From assembly GCA_965117055.1 (NCBI GenBank), contig OZ220750.1, forward strand, positions 124,902 through 188,901: 64,000 bases of DNA, read 5' to 3'. The stretch is from Alphaproteobacteria bacterium. Lineage in GTDB: Bacteria > Pseudomonadota > Alphaproteobacteria > MPNO01. A program made the translations under genes and the position numbers. Every line of letters begins with the position of its first letter. Position 1 is the stretch's first letter. The notes beneath the pieces are model-generated. The model was not told the origin of the DNA and searched no databases. It saw nothing but the letters and a program-made list of their open reading frames with translations. Below are positions 1 to 9,706 of this stretch, piece after piece.

Positions 1-494
1 GATTTTGCCCAGTCGGCGAGGCGGTATTCGAACTTCACCATCATGTCGAACAGGGGGTGACCTTCGGGCGGGATGTCGGGCGGGTCGAACAGCACCAGCG
101 CGTCCCAGCGCCAGGCGATATCGACGGCGTCGCGCATGGCGGCGCGCCCCGACATCGAATGGAACGCCCCGACCGAAGGCTTGGCGCCGAAACGCCCGGA
201 CACCCCGGAATGGATCTCCCCCATGTCGCGCGCCATGCGGTCGTAGTCGTGATTGGGCGTGGCGGAGGCCGGATTCCGCCCGTGGTTCCGCATGTCGAAC
301 ACGACGACGTCGTAGCGCGGGCAGAGGAGCCGCCAGAACGACAGGTAGCCGTCGATCGCGAACCCGTTGCCGTTGCTCGCGAAGATTCGCACCCGGGCGT
401 CCGGGTTGCCGTGACGGCGCACCACGATTTGCGCCCCGTCGGCCATCGTCAGATCGACGATTTCGACGGGTTCGGGGACTTCGGGATTGCTCAG
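1..494 (-). CDS. alpha/beta hydrolase (partial, runs off the window start)
   Basis: Manual translation gives ...NGNGFAIDGY...VVVFDMRNHG...GAFHSMSG...LVLFDPP, typical a/b-hydrolase motifs. Start is CTG 494 (GGAG upstream) or ATG 446. Confidence 0.75.
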   Translation of the reverse strand, partial: MSNPEVPEPVEIVDLTMADGAQIVVRRHGNPDARVRIFASNGNGFAIDGYLSFWRLLCPRYDVVVFDMRNHGRNPASATPNHDYDRMARDMGEIHSGVSGRFGAKPSVGAFHSMSGRAAMRDAVDIAWRWDALVLFDPPDIPPEGHPLFDMMVKFEYRLADWAK

Positions 495-570
495 CGGACG
501 ATACTCCCTCTCCCGCCGGACCTGGCGGGGGCGCCCTCTATACCCAAACGGGACCCGGCGGCCAAACGGG

Positions 571-1497
571 TCAGGTCGTCACCGAGAGGAAGTTCTCGTT
601 GAGCTTCCGGTCGTAGTAGAAGATCGCCCGGCCGATGTCGTCTTCGGTCCAGGTCAGCGCCGGCCGGTCGGGATAGAAGATGTAGCCGCCCGAGAAGGTC
701 TCGTTGCGGTTGCCCGAGGGATCGAAGAAATAGATCGTCCCGCCGCGCGTGATCCCGTGCCTCGTCGGGCCGATGTCGAGCGGCACCCGGTGCTTGGCGA
801 TGATGTCGGCGCAGACCTGGATGTCGTGCCACGACTCGACGAAGAACGAGGCGTGGTGGAACCGGTCCTTCTCCGGCGAGCGGATGAAGGCAACGTCGTG
901 CGGCTTGGTCGCTGCGGTCAGGAACGCCCCGATCATGGTCTTCCGATCGGGCGTCACGACCTGCTCCGCGATCTTCAGCCCGAGCACCTCGGTGAACAGC
1001 CGCACCGTGCCGTCGAGATCGTCGCCGTAAAGCAGGCAGTGGTCGAAACGGGTGGGCTTCATGCCCTTGAGGTCGTCGGGCCAGACCTCCGGGTTGTCGA
1101 GCGACATGCCGTTGCCGACCTGCTCCATTTCGGCATAGAGCTCGATCGTGTGGCCGGTCGGCGCGACGAATTGCAGGCGCTCGCCGGTCGCCTCGTCCTG
1201 GCCTTCGGGGACGCGGGTCACGGTCACGCCGGAGTCCTCCAGCCGCCGCTCGAACCCGTCGAGCGCGTCGTTGTCCGAGACCTTGAACCCCATGTGGTCC
1301 ATCCCGGCGTTCTCGGCCTCGCGGAGGACGACGCTGTGATGGTCGTGCTCGTCCCACGCCTTGAGATAGACCCGGCCGTCGGCGCCTTCGGCGGTCTGCA
1401 ACAGCCCCAGCACGTCCCTGTAGTGGTGCAGCGCCGGCCCCATGTCGGTGACCCGGATTTGCACCGTTCCCGCGCGCATCACCCCGGTGATAGCCAT
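571..1497 (-). CDS. xylE: catechol 2,3-dioxygenase (VOC extradiol dioxygenase)
   Basis: 308 aa with VYLKAWDEHDHHS, RFDHCLLYG and GPTRHGITRGGTIYFFDPSGNRNETF motifs of XylE/C23O. Confidence 0.93.
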   Translation of the reverse strand: MAITGVMRAGTVQIRVTDMGPALHHYRDVLGLLQTAEGADGRVYLKAWDEHDHHSVVLREAENAGMDHMGFKVSDNDALDGFERRLEDSGVTVTRVPEGQDEATGERLQFVAPTGHTIELYAEMEQVGNGMSLDNPEVWPDDLKGMKPTRFDHCLLYGDDLDGTVRLFTEVLGLKIAEQVVTPDRKTMIGAFLTAATKPHDVAFIRSPEKDRFHHASFFVESWHDIQVCADIIAKHRVPLDIGPTRHGITRGGTIYFFDPSGNRNETFSGGYIFYPDRPALTWTEDDIGRAIFYYDRKLNENFLSVTT

Positions 1498-1664
1498 TCT
1501 TCCCTCCCCCTGGCGTGGCCGTGTCGGCGGTCTTTTCGAGCCTTCCGATACTTTCGGACCGTCGCGGGGCGACCGTCAAGGAGATCGGAGCGCGGGAATA
1601 CCATTTGCCAAAGCCGGCAACGCGGAACGATATTCCGGCCGGCCACCCGTCGGGAAGGGAGTCG

Positions 1665-2426
1665 ATGTCGAGACGCGTCCTCTTTGCGGCGATCTGCGCG
1701 GCCGCGATCTGCGCGACGGCGCCCCGCGCATGGGCGGCGCCGGACGTGCTGGTCTTCGCCGCCGCCAGCCTGAAGACCGCGCTCGACGACGTGGCCCGGG
1801 GCTGGCAGGCGAAAACGGGGGCGAAGCCGACCCTTTCCTACGCCGCGACATCGACGCTGGCCCGCCAGATCCTGCGCGGCGCGCCGGCCGATATCTTCGT
1901 TTCGGCCAACCGGGACTGGATGGACGCGCTGGAAAAGGACGGGCTGATCCGCCGCGAGACCCGCCGCGACCTGCTCGGCAACCGGCTGGTGCTGATCGGC
2001 CACGGACGAAAAAGGCCTTCGATGAAGATCGGCGATTTGCCCGGCCGCCTCGGCAACGGGCGGCTGGCGATGGCCCTGACCGATGCCGTGCCGGCGGGGA
2101 TCTACGGCCGGCAGGCTCTCAAGACCCTGGGCGTTTGGGAAAAGGTCGCGGGACGCGTGGTGCAGGCCGACAACGTGCGGGCCGCGCTCGCTTTCGTGGC
2201 GCGCGGCGAGGCGCCGTTCGGCATCGTCTACGCGACCGACGCCGCGGCGTCGGACAGGGTGAGCGCGGTCGCCGCCTTTCCGGCGACGAGCCACCGGCCG
2301 ATCGTCTATCCCGCCGCGCTGACCGCGGGCCGGGCGAACGGAAAGGCGGAATCGTTCTACGCGCATCTCTTCTCGGCAGCGGCCCGGCCGCTCTTCGAAC
2401 GCCAGGGATTCACGGTCGTCGAGTAG
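1665..2426 (+). CDS. modA: molybdate ABC transporter substrate-binding protein
   Basis: Signal peptide, VFAAASL, GAPADIFVSAN, VPAGIYG, GIVYATDA; directly upstream of modB/modC. Confidence 0.93.
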   Translation: MSRRVLFAAICAAAICATAPRAWAAPDVLVFAAASLKTALDDVARGWQAKTGAKPTLSYAATSTLARQILRGAPADIFVSANRDWMDALEKDGLIRRETRRDLLGNRLVLIGHGRKRPSMKIGDLPGRLGNGRLAMALTDAVPAGIYGRQALKTLGVWEKVAGRVVQADNVRAALAFVARGEAPFGIVYATDAAASDRVSAVAAFPATSHRPIVYPAALTAGRANGKAESFYAHLFSAAARPLFERQGFTVVE

Positions 2427-2436
2427 GGTTGCGACG

Positions 2437-3132
2437 ATGGATTGGCTTTCGGCGGAAGAATGGACGGCGGTGCGCCTCTCGATTCGCGTGGCCTTCTGGG
2501 CAACCCTGGCGAGCCTTCCCTTCGGCGTCGCGACGGCGCTCCTGCTCGCGCGCGGCCGGTTCTGGGGCCGCCAGATTCTCAACCTTCTCGTCCATCTGCC
2601 GCTGGTCATACCGCCGGTGGCGACGGGCTACCTCCTGCTGATCCTGTTCGGCCGGCAGGGCGCCCTCGGCGGGTTCCTCGCCGGGGAACTCGGCATCGTG
2701 TTCGCCTTCCGCTGGACCGGAGCCGCGCTTGCCGCGGCGATCATGGCGTTTCCGCTGATGGTGCGGGCGATCTGGCTGGCGATGGAAGCGGTCGATTCGA
2801 GGCTGGAGGAAGCCGCCGCGACGCTCGGCGCCAACCGGGTCTGGACCTTCGCCGTGGTGACGCTCCCGCTGATCCTGCCGGGGATCGTGGCCGGCGCCAT
2901 CCTCGCCTTCGCGAAGGCGATGGGCGAGTTCGGCGCCACCATCACCTTCGTCTCCAACATCCCGGGCGAGACCCAGACGCTCCCCTCGGCCATCTACGCC
3001 TTCCTCCAGGTGCCGGACGGCGAAACCTCGGCGGTGCGGCTCGTCGTGGTCTCCATCGTCGTCGCGATGGTCGCGCTGTTCGCCTCGGAGTTCGTGTCGC
3101 GCCGGATCGCCCGCTGGATCGCCGAACGATGA
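2437..3132 (+). CDS. modB: molybdate ABC transporter permease
   Basis: Hydrophobic; LPLVIPPVATG, EEAAATLGA loop, GEFGATITFVSNIPGETQT. Confidence 0.93.
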   Translation: MDWLSAEEWTAVRLSIRVAFWATLASLPFGVATALLLARGRFWGRQILNLLVHLPLVIPPVATGYLLLILFGRQGALGGFLAGELGIVFAFRWTGAALAAAIMAFPLMVRAIWLAMEAVDSRLEEAAATLGANRVWTFAVVTLPLILPGIVAGAILAFAKAMGEFGATITFVSNIPGETQTLPSAIYAFLQVPDGETSAVRLVVVSIVVAMVALFASEFVSRRIARWIAER

Positions 3133-4235
3133 GCCTCGACGTCATCCTCCGCCATCGTTTCGAGGGCTTCGCGCTGGATGCGGCGTTCTCCGCCCCCGAC
3201 GGTATCACGGCGCTGTTCGGACGTTCGGGCGCGGGGAAGACGACGGTCGTCGAGGCCATCGCCGGGCTGCTGCAACCGGACGAAGGCAGGGTTTCGGCGG
3301 CGGACACGATCCTCCTCGACACGAGTTTGGGACTTTCGCTGCCGGCGCATCGCCGCCGGGTGGGCTACGTATTCCAGGAGGGGCGCCTGTTCCCGCACCT
3401 CACCGTGCGGCAGAATCTCGCCTTCGGGCGCTGGTTCGCGCCGCGCGACGCCGAAGCCGAGGACCTGGACCACATCGTCGAGATCCTCGGGATCGGCCAT
3501 CTGCTCGACCGTCGGCCGGGGCGGCTTTCGGGCGGCGAAAAGCAGCGCGTCGCCATCGGCCGGGCCTTGCTGAGCGCGCCCCGGATCCTTCTGATGGACG
3601 AGCCCCTGGCCTCGCTGGACGATCCCCGGAAAGCGGAGATCCTGCCCTATCTCCAGCGGCTGAGGACGGAGACGCGAACCCCGATCCTCTATGTCAGCCA
3701 TTCGGTGGCGGAGATCGTCCATCTGGCGACCACGGTGGTGGCGATGAGCCGGGGACGCGTCGCGCGCGCCGGGGCGGCGGCCGAGGTGCTGTCCGATCCC
3801 GCGGCGGTGCCCTATATCGGCATCGCCGAGGCGGGGGCGGTTCTGTCGGCCACGATCCTCGGCCACGACCGGGCGGACGGGCTCAGCGTGCTCGCGGTGA
3901 GCGGCGGGCGGCTCCGGCTGCCGCATATCGAGGCTCCGGTGGGCACGACGCTCCGCCTTCGGATCCACGCGGAGGATGTGATCATCGCGACGGAGGAGCC
4001 CGCCGGTCTGAGCGCGCTCAACGTCCTGCCGGCAACCGTCAGCGCGATCCACGAGGGCGAGGGCCCGGGCGCGGCGGTGGGCCTCACATCGGGCGAGGAC
4101 CGGCTGCTCGCGCGCGTCACCAGGAGCTCGGTGCGCGCGCTCGGCCTCGCCCCGGGCAAGCCGTGCTACGCGATCATCAACTCGACCGCGGTGGCGCGGA
4201 GCGATATCGGGGGCTTGGAAGCGGGGGACGACTAG
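3129..4235 (+). CDS. modC: molybdate ABC transporter ATPase
   Basis: Walker A GRSGAGKT, LSGGEKQR, LLMDEP, C-terminal TOBE-like domain; ATGA overlap with modB. Confidence 0.93.
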   Translation: MSLDVILRHRFEGFALDAAFSAPDGITALFGRSGAGKTTVVEAIAGLLQPDEGRVSAADTILLDTSLGLSLPAHRRRVGYVFQEGRLFPHLTVRQNLAFGRWFAPRDAEAEDLDHIVEILGIGHLLDRRPGRLSGGEKQRVAIGRALLSAPRILLMDEPLASLDDPRKAEILPYLQRLRTETRTPILYVSHSVAEIVHLATTVVAMSRGRVARAGAAAEVLSDPAAVPYIGIAEAGAVLSATILGHDRADGLSVLAVSGGRLRLPHIEAPVGTTLRLRIHAEDVIIATEEPAGLSALNVLPATVSAIHEGEGPGAAVGLTSGEDRLLARVTRSSVRALGLAPGKPCYAIINSTAVARSDIGGLEAGDD

Positions 4236-4420
4236 AGCCTGTCCGTTTCAGATAGAAGCGTTCTTGCCCGGTCTCCTTACCGTCATGGTCGGCGAAGGCC
4301 GACCATCCACGAGTTTTTGCAGCGCTGGATCCGAAAAACAAAACGTGGATGGTCGGCCTTCGCCGACCATGACGGAAGAGAACGGAGGAAGCGGTTCCAA
4401 CAGGAACAGAGCCGCTCTAG
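4232..4420. mobile_element. 189-bp CTAG-flanked MITE (IS630-type ends) carrying a GTCATGGTCGGC palindrome pair, copy 1
   Basis: CTAGAGC...GCTCTAG ends; near-identical 189-bp copies at 13575-13763 and 22424-22612. Confidence 0.8.
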
Positions 4421-5757
4421 GTCATCTCCTCCCGCTCCCGCGTGCAGGTGTCGATCAGGGCGTGCAGGTAGACCCGGGTCAGGCGTTCGAGATCGCCAAT
4501 CCGGCAGGCGTCGAACATCGGCGGCCAGTCCGGCTCCGGCTCGGCCATGCCGGGCAGCCCGATCCTGGCGGTGGCGATGCCGGCGTTCCTCAGGATCGCG
4601 CCGTCGGTGGTGCCGCTGAGCCCGCTGACCACGATGGGCCTTCCTTCCACCGCCTCGATGGCGGCGGCGGCCGCGCGGACGATCCAGTTGTCGGGCTCGG
4701 TGCGCGATCCCGGCGCCGAGAGCAGCATCTCGGCGCGGATGTCGATGCCCTCGCGCGCGCCGCGGATGCCGTCGATCAGCGCCTCGAACTCGCGCCGGAT
4801 CTCCAGGGGGCGGGTCACGGAATTGGTGTGGATGTTGACGTAGAGGACGCAGATACCGGGGATGAATTCGGGCTTGAACGGCCACCCCGCCTCGATCCCG
4901 CCGACCGTGCCCTGCGGCGCGATCTGGCCCCTGGTGTGGCGCCTGGTGTAGTCGGCGATCCAGTCCTCGATCATGGGCACGACCGCGGCGGCGTCGACGA
5001 TGGGGTTGCGGTTGGGCTGGATGTGGCGGAGGCCGGAATAGCAGAGCTCGCCCATGATCGTGACCTTGAACCAGCACTCGCCGGGCTCCTCCCAGACGAT
5101 GCCGTAGCCGGGCTTGGTGCTGATGCAGTAATCGGCGGTCAGCCCGTGCTTCAGCATGTAGTCGCAACCCACCCCGAAGCCCTGGTAGCGGCCGCCGCGC
5201 CAGGAGCGCATCAAACCCTCGACAGGTCCCTTGTGGATCCCACCGGCGGCGATGCCGATGCCGGCCGCGCCCTTGAGCGGAACGCCGGCCCGCGCCGCCG
5301 CGTCCAGAGCGGCGATGGCGCAGACCACGCTGCCCTTGGGGTTCTGCACGCCGAGGCCGTAAAGGAGATCGCCGTCTCGTTGCAGGCGGGGCTCGAGGTC
5401 GGGCCGGGGACGCCCGCCGGTCATCTGGGCGTCCTCGCGCGGATCCGCGCTGAAGGTGGTGTCGAGATGGCCGTAGAACAGGAGGTCCGCGCCGCCGCCG
5501 CTGCCGGCGAGCCGCCCGATGCTGTTGCCCCGGCGCTCGTCGATGGGCTGGTAGAAGGCGTCGATCCCGCGCCCGTTCATGGTCCCGGCGAAGAACTCGC
5601 CCAGCGCGCGCTCCTCCCCGGTCCGGCTCGGGATCTCCACCGCGCGCTCCAGCGTCTCCAGGAGGAAATCGCGGTCGATGGCGTCGGTCGCCCGGGCGAT
5701 CCAGTCCTGTTGTTCCGGCGAGAGGGGCGCGGCGGGGTCGGGCGTCTCGCCCGTCAT
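4417..5757 (-). CDS. M20 family metallopeptidase/deacylase (ArgE/DapE-like)
   Basis: LLFYGHLDT, LYGLGVQNPKGS, SGTTDG motifs; ATGA-coupled to the upstream dioxygenase. Confidence 0.8.
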   Translation of the reverse strand: MTGETPDPAAPLSPEQQDWIARATDAIDRDFLLETLERAVEIPSRTGEERALGEFFAGTMNGRGIDAFYQPIDERRGNSIGRLAGSGGGADLLFYGHLDTTFSADPREDAQMTGGRPRPDLEPRLQRDGDLLYGLGVQNPKGSVVCAIAALDAAARAGVPLKGAAGIGIAAGGIHKGPVEGLMRSWRGGRYQGFGVGCDYMLKHGLTADYCISTKPGYGIVWEEPGECWFKVTIMGELCYSGLRHIQPNRNPIVDAAAVVPMIEDWIADYTRRHTRGQIAPQGTVGGIEAGWPFKPEFIPGICVLYVNIHTNSVTRPLEIRREFEALIDGIRGAREGIDIRAEMLLSAPGSRTEPDNWIVRAAAAAIEAVEGRPIVVSGLSGTTDGAILRNAGIATARIGLPGMAEPEPDWPPMFDACRIGDLERLTRVYLHALIDTCTREREEMT

Positions 5758-6812
5758 GGCCGCATGACCGCGAAGCACTTGTTGGAGTTTAGCACCCAGC
5801 TTTCCATGTAATCGACGATCTCGACGCCGGCGCCGAGCTCGGTCATGGCGCCGGCGAGGCAGATCCAGTTGCGGAACTCGTGCTGCCCGGCGTCCTCGAT
5901 CTCGTCATGGGTCAGGCCGCGCCATTCCGCGAACCGGCCCTCGCGCAGCTCTTCGAGCCGCTTCCGGTCGCCCCCGTGGTCGGGATAGAGCCAGTGGTTC
6001 TTGGCGGTCAGGAACGCGTGCGACCAGCTCGACGAGGCGATCAGCGCAACCCGCCAGGGCGAGTCCGCGAGCGCCCGGGCGATCCCGCGCCCGAGATCGA
6101 AGCAGGCGCGGGCCGACGGCGCGGGCGGGTCGCGGCGAGCGTCCTCCTCCCCCGGCGCCAGGTGGCCTCCCTGGGTTCGGACCAGTTCGCCGCCGTAGCA
6201 GTTCACGTGGAACGGAACCAGCGGGTGGGGAAAGCCGGTCCGCGCGTGGTCGATGAACAGCAGCGTGTTGATGAACGCATGCGCGAGCCCCTTTCCGTGC
6301 CGCAGCCGGTAGGCATAGGGAATGTCGATCCCCCGCTCGCTCAACGTCCCGACCAGCCAGGCGCCGCCCTCCGGGTGGCCCTTGTGGACGAATTCCTTGT
6401 CTTCCGCCTCGCCCCAGGCGTTGGGCGGATCGGGCCGGCCGGGGAGACCGAGATGGGGGGTCGAGACGAACTCGTCGGCGATATAGGCGCAGAACGGCGG
6501 CACGATGTCCTCGACGAAGTTCTCGTACTGGTCGTCGCCCCACATGACGACGAAATCGGGAGCGAACGCGGCCAGCTCCTCCTTCATGCGGGTGAAGGCG
6601 TCCCAGTGGCGCTTGCGATGGACGGCGGCCGCCGCCGCGCCCCGATCGTCCGCCCATTCCTCGCGCATCGGCTCCGGCCAGTTGGCGGGGTCCTTCATTT
6701 CGGCGGGAACGTCGCTCCCCTTGAGCGTCCGCCTGAGGAAGATGCTCATCTCCTCGTCGACGAAGCGGAGCCCGGTGTAGTGGGTCATGCCGAGGCCGAG
6801 GATTTCCGCCAT
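5754..6812 (-). CDS. LigB-like (class III) extradiol ring-cleavage dioxygenase
   Basis: LGLGMTHY, VVMWGDDQYENF, GLAHAF, IASSSWSHAF, GQHEFRNW. Confidence 0.82.
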   Translation of the reverse strand: MAEILGLGMTHYTGLRFVDEEMSIFLRRTLKGSDVPAEMKDPANWPEPMREEWADDRGAAAAAVHRKRHWDAFTRMKEELAAFAPDFVVMWGDDQYENFVEDIVPPFCAYIADEFVSTPHLGLPGRPDPPNAWGEAEDKEFVHKGHPEGGAWLVGTLSERGIDIPYAYRLRHGKGLAHAFINTLLFIDHARTGFPHPLVPFHVNCYGGELVRTQGGHLAPGEEDARRDPPAPSARACFDLGRGIARALADSPWRVALIASSSWSHAFLTAKNHWLYPDHGGDRKRLEELREGRFAEWRGLTHDEIEDAGQHEFRNWICLAGAMTELGAGVEIVDYMESWVLNSNKCFAVMRP

Positions 6813-6834
6813 GTCGCCCCCCTCTACGGCGTGG

Positions 6835-8016
6835 CTAGTCCGCCACCGGCGGCTCGCGCGGGTCCGGCATGCCGCGCGCGGTCAACAGCAACCGCCGCCA
6901 GCGCACCAGCTGGCCGTCGCTGGCCGACAGCATCTCGGGCGCGTCGTAGTCCTGCCCGGCCATCACCCGGTAATCCTGCGTCGAGAAGTTGATGTTGAGC
7001 GCCCAGTTGCGGAACAGGTGGTAATAGGCAGCGCGCATCGCACGGCCGAGCCGGGTCTTCCTGCGGGCGGCGTGGATATAGAAGACCCGCGTCGTCGCCG
7101 CGTCGATGGGAACGCAGTACCGGGTGAACATCTGGCCGCCGAAATCGAAGCGGAACATGCTCGGCAGGTGATGCCCGGCCGAGCGCACGTAAGCGCCGTC
7201 AACCCTGGTGTGCATGCCCCATTCCTCGTTGTCCTCGAGGAACGGGCGGGAGTTGCGGATACGCGCGTTGCGCCAGGCGAAGATCCAGAGCCACAGCCTG
7301 CGCCATTCGGTCCTCGGCCAGTAATCGTCCACGCCGGGATAGAATTCGCGCCCGGTCCTCGGCGGGTCCCTGAGATAGCCGATCGCCGCCCTGCCGTTGA
7401 CGATGCGCGGCGAATACCCGGTGCGTCCGAACTGCTGGTAGGGCTCCATGAGCTGCAATAGCGCGTTCCGGTGGACGTACATGACGTGCGAGTCGAGCGA
7501 GTTCTCCAGCGCGACCCGCCAGTTCACGTCCCACCGCCGGGCCGAGATGAAGAGCGCGGTCTCGCGCCCCTCGAAGAACTCGGGCGGGATCTCGTCCTCG
7601 ATGGGGACCGGCTTGCCCTCCCCCATCCAGACGAACACCAGCCCCTTGTACTCCGCGGTCGGATAGATCCGGAGCCTGACCTTGCCCGGCATCGCGCTTT
7701 CGGGACCTTCGGACAGCACCGCGACGCATTCGCCGCGCTCGTCGAACACCCAGCCATGATAGGGGCAGGCGACGGTTCCCTCGTAGTGGCAAACGCCGTC
7801 CATCAGCGAGCCGCCGCGATGCGGGCAGGTGTTGGACGCGGCGGCGACGCGGCCGTCCTTGGCCCGGAACAGCACCAGCTTCTCGCCCAGCATCCGGACG
7901 CCGAGGGGGCGCCGTTTCACCTTCTTCGCGAGGATCGCCGGATACCAGTATTCCGTCAGGCCGAGTTCCGGAATCAGGGCCTTGATCGCGGACGAACGGC
8001 TCTGGGTATCGCTCAT
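6835..8016 (-). CDS. Rieske non-heme iron oxygenase alpha subunit
   Basis: Rieske ligands CPHRG...CPYHGW; mononuclear Fe motif ENSLDSHVMYVH; EYWYP N-terminus. Confidence 0.9.
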   Translation of the reverse strand: MSDTQSRSSAIKALIPELGLTEYWYPAILAKKVKRRPLGVRMLGEKLVLFRAKDGRVAAASNTCPHRGGSLMDGVCHYEGTVACPYHGWVFDERGECVAVLSEGPESAMPGKVRLRIYPTAEYKGLVFVWMGEGKPVPIEDEIPPEFFEGRETALFISARRWDVNWRVALENSLDSHVMYVHRNALLQLMEPYQQFGRTGYSPRIVNGRAAIGYLRDPPRTGREFYPGVDDYWPRTEWRRLWLWIFAWRNARIRNSRPFLEDNEEWGMHTRVDGAYVRSAGHHLPSMFRFDFGGQMFTRYCVPIDAATTRVFYIHAARRKTRLGRAMRAAYYHLFRNWALNINFSTQDYRVMAGQDYDAPEMLSASDGQLVRWRRLLLTARGMPDPREPPVAD

Positions 8017-8191
8017 CGTCGGTCTCCAGCTCGCAGTTAAACAGCAAACGCGCGTCTTGGACAGGCTTGCGGAGAGGGGGTGCGCCCGCTGGACCGGGTT
8101 CCGGCCCTCACCTGAAGCGCATCCGTTTTACCCGGAACCGCCCCGCCGCGCCCCGGCGGCCCTCACTCTCCGTCATGCCCGGACTTGTTCC

Positions 8192-9537
8192 CATAAGCGC
8201 TAACTTGTGTGTGGGATGACGTACAGGTCCCGTTGCGGTCTTCGGCGTCGTGGCGGTTCGGCGAGGGCTTTGGCGATGTGGTTCCACCCGTCGATCGTCC
8301 GGGCGAGGCCGAAGCGCGGCTCGATGGCGCTCCGGACCTCGTTGAGGACGAAGCGGAACTCGCGCCACGGGCTATGCGGCCTGCGGCTGCGCCAGCGCGT
8401 ATCCCCAGGGGGAAACGGCGCGGGCGTGGTCGACCAGCTTGTCGACCAGCAGGGCGACGAGGAGCTTGCCGTAGAGCCAGGCGCGCGCGCTGTCGTCGTC
8501 GTGCTTGGGCAGATGGCCGAGCCGGGCGAGCGACTTGAGGCGCTTGAAGACGAGCTCGACCTGCCAGCGCAGGCGGTACCATTCGAGAACCTCGCCGGCG
8601 CTGAAGGTCTCCTCGCAGAAGGTGGTGAAGACGATGACGAAGTCGGCATAGGCGAGTGTCGCGGGTCGGACCTCGCTGCCCTGGCGCCTGGCCTCGCGGC
8701 GCGCCCTCCTGCGCGCCCGCCGCGCGGCCTCGGCCGACTTGCGCACCGCGCAGACGCGGCCGCATACCCCATCCACCCCGCCCGCCGCGACCGGCCACGA
8801 CCCGACCGCCCCGGCGCTGCTCAGCCCGGACACCGCAGCAAGAAGGTCGAAGGGCGACCCGGCCGGGGTCCAGAGCGGCAACGCCCCGGTGTTCACCCGC
8901 ACCGCGATGCGCCCGCCCGCCGCCGACACGTGGCTCAGACCCGCCGCCGTCGCGTAGCCCCGGTCGGCCAGGATGTGATCGCCTTCGCACACCGGAAACC
9001 GGGCGAGATATTCCGCGCTGCCCACCCCGCGCGTCGGCGTCACCTCGAAAAAGTCGCAGCACAGCGAAGACAGGCACAGGCTGTAATGCACCCGCCACAC
9101 CGAACCCGTCCGCCCCGGCTCGCGCACCGTCGTCGCGTCGACCGCGCGGACCCGCAGACCCGGCGCGACGGTGCGCGCCAGACCGCGCTCGCGAAACAGC
9201 GCCTCGCACAGCCCCCGCAGCCAGTCCGAAGACTTGCGAAGCCGCTTCAGAAGCGCAACGTCCGACAAATCCGCCAGACCCGCCTCGCGCGCCCGAACCG
9301 CGGTCTCGCGCAGCGAGTGCCCGCACCCCAGATGCAGCAGAAGAACCCGCAGCGCCGCCTCCGCCGACCGGTCCTTGCGAAGACCCTTCAGCGCCCCGCT
9401 GGAGCGCCCCAGCGCCTCCCAGCCGGCCGGCAGAAAACACCGCAGAACCTCCCAGTCCTCGTCCATCCCAAGCCCCCGAGCCCAAACACCCGGAAACCCT
9501 AGCCAAAAAGACCGCCACAAACAAGTTAGCGCTTATG
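8192..9537 (-). mobile_element. IS4-family, IS186-like insertion sequence (1346 bp)
   Basis: Perfect 17-bp terminal IRs CATAAGCGCTAACTTGT; 11-bp direct repeat GGACTTGTTCC at 8181-8191 and 9538-9548. Confidence 0.92.
8372..9466 (-). CDS. IS4-family DDE transposase
   Basis: AVDATT, ILADRGY and YRLRWQVELVFKRLKS (YREK signature). Confidence 0.92.
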   Translation of the reverse strand: MDEDWEVLRCFLPAGWEALGRSSGALKGLRKDRSAEAALRVLLLHLGCGHSLRETAVRAREAGLADLSDVALLKRLRKSSDWLRGLCEALFRERGLARTVAPGLRVRAVDATTVREPGRTGSVWRVHYSLCLSSLCCDFFEVTPTRGVGSAEYLARFPVCEGDHILADRGYATAAGLSHVSAAGGRIAVRVNTGALPLWTPAGSPFDLLAAVSGLSSAGAVGSWPVAAGGVDGVCGRVCAVRKSAEAARRARRRARREARRQGSEVRPATLAYADFVIVFTTFCEETFSAGEVLEWYRLRWQVELVFKRLKSLARLGHLPKHDDDSARAWLYGKLLVALLVDKLVDHARAVSPWGYALAQPQAA

Positions 9538-9706
9538 GGACTTGTTCCGGGCATCCACGTCTTGCGGCATCGCGGTGCGAGCTCGGAGCGGACGAGGCGG
9601 TGGAGGGACGTGGATGCCCGGAACAAGTCCGGGCATGACGGGAGGCGGTTCAATCCGAAACGGATAGGCTCTAGTGTCGCGGAACCTCGAACCCCGGAAG
9701 GCATTC

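Noticed and set aside
4281-4375. Palindromic repeats as a possible CRISPR array
   Set aside because: They occur as dispersed inverted doublets, not direct repeats with unique spacers, and there are no cas genes.
8171-9640. Recurrent peptides such as MPGLVPGIHV / WMPGTSP in several ORFs
   Set aside because: They are translations of palindromic repeat family B, not a protein family.
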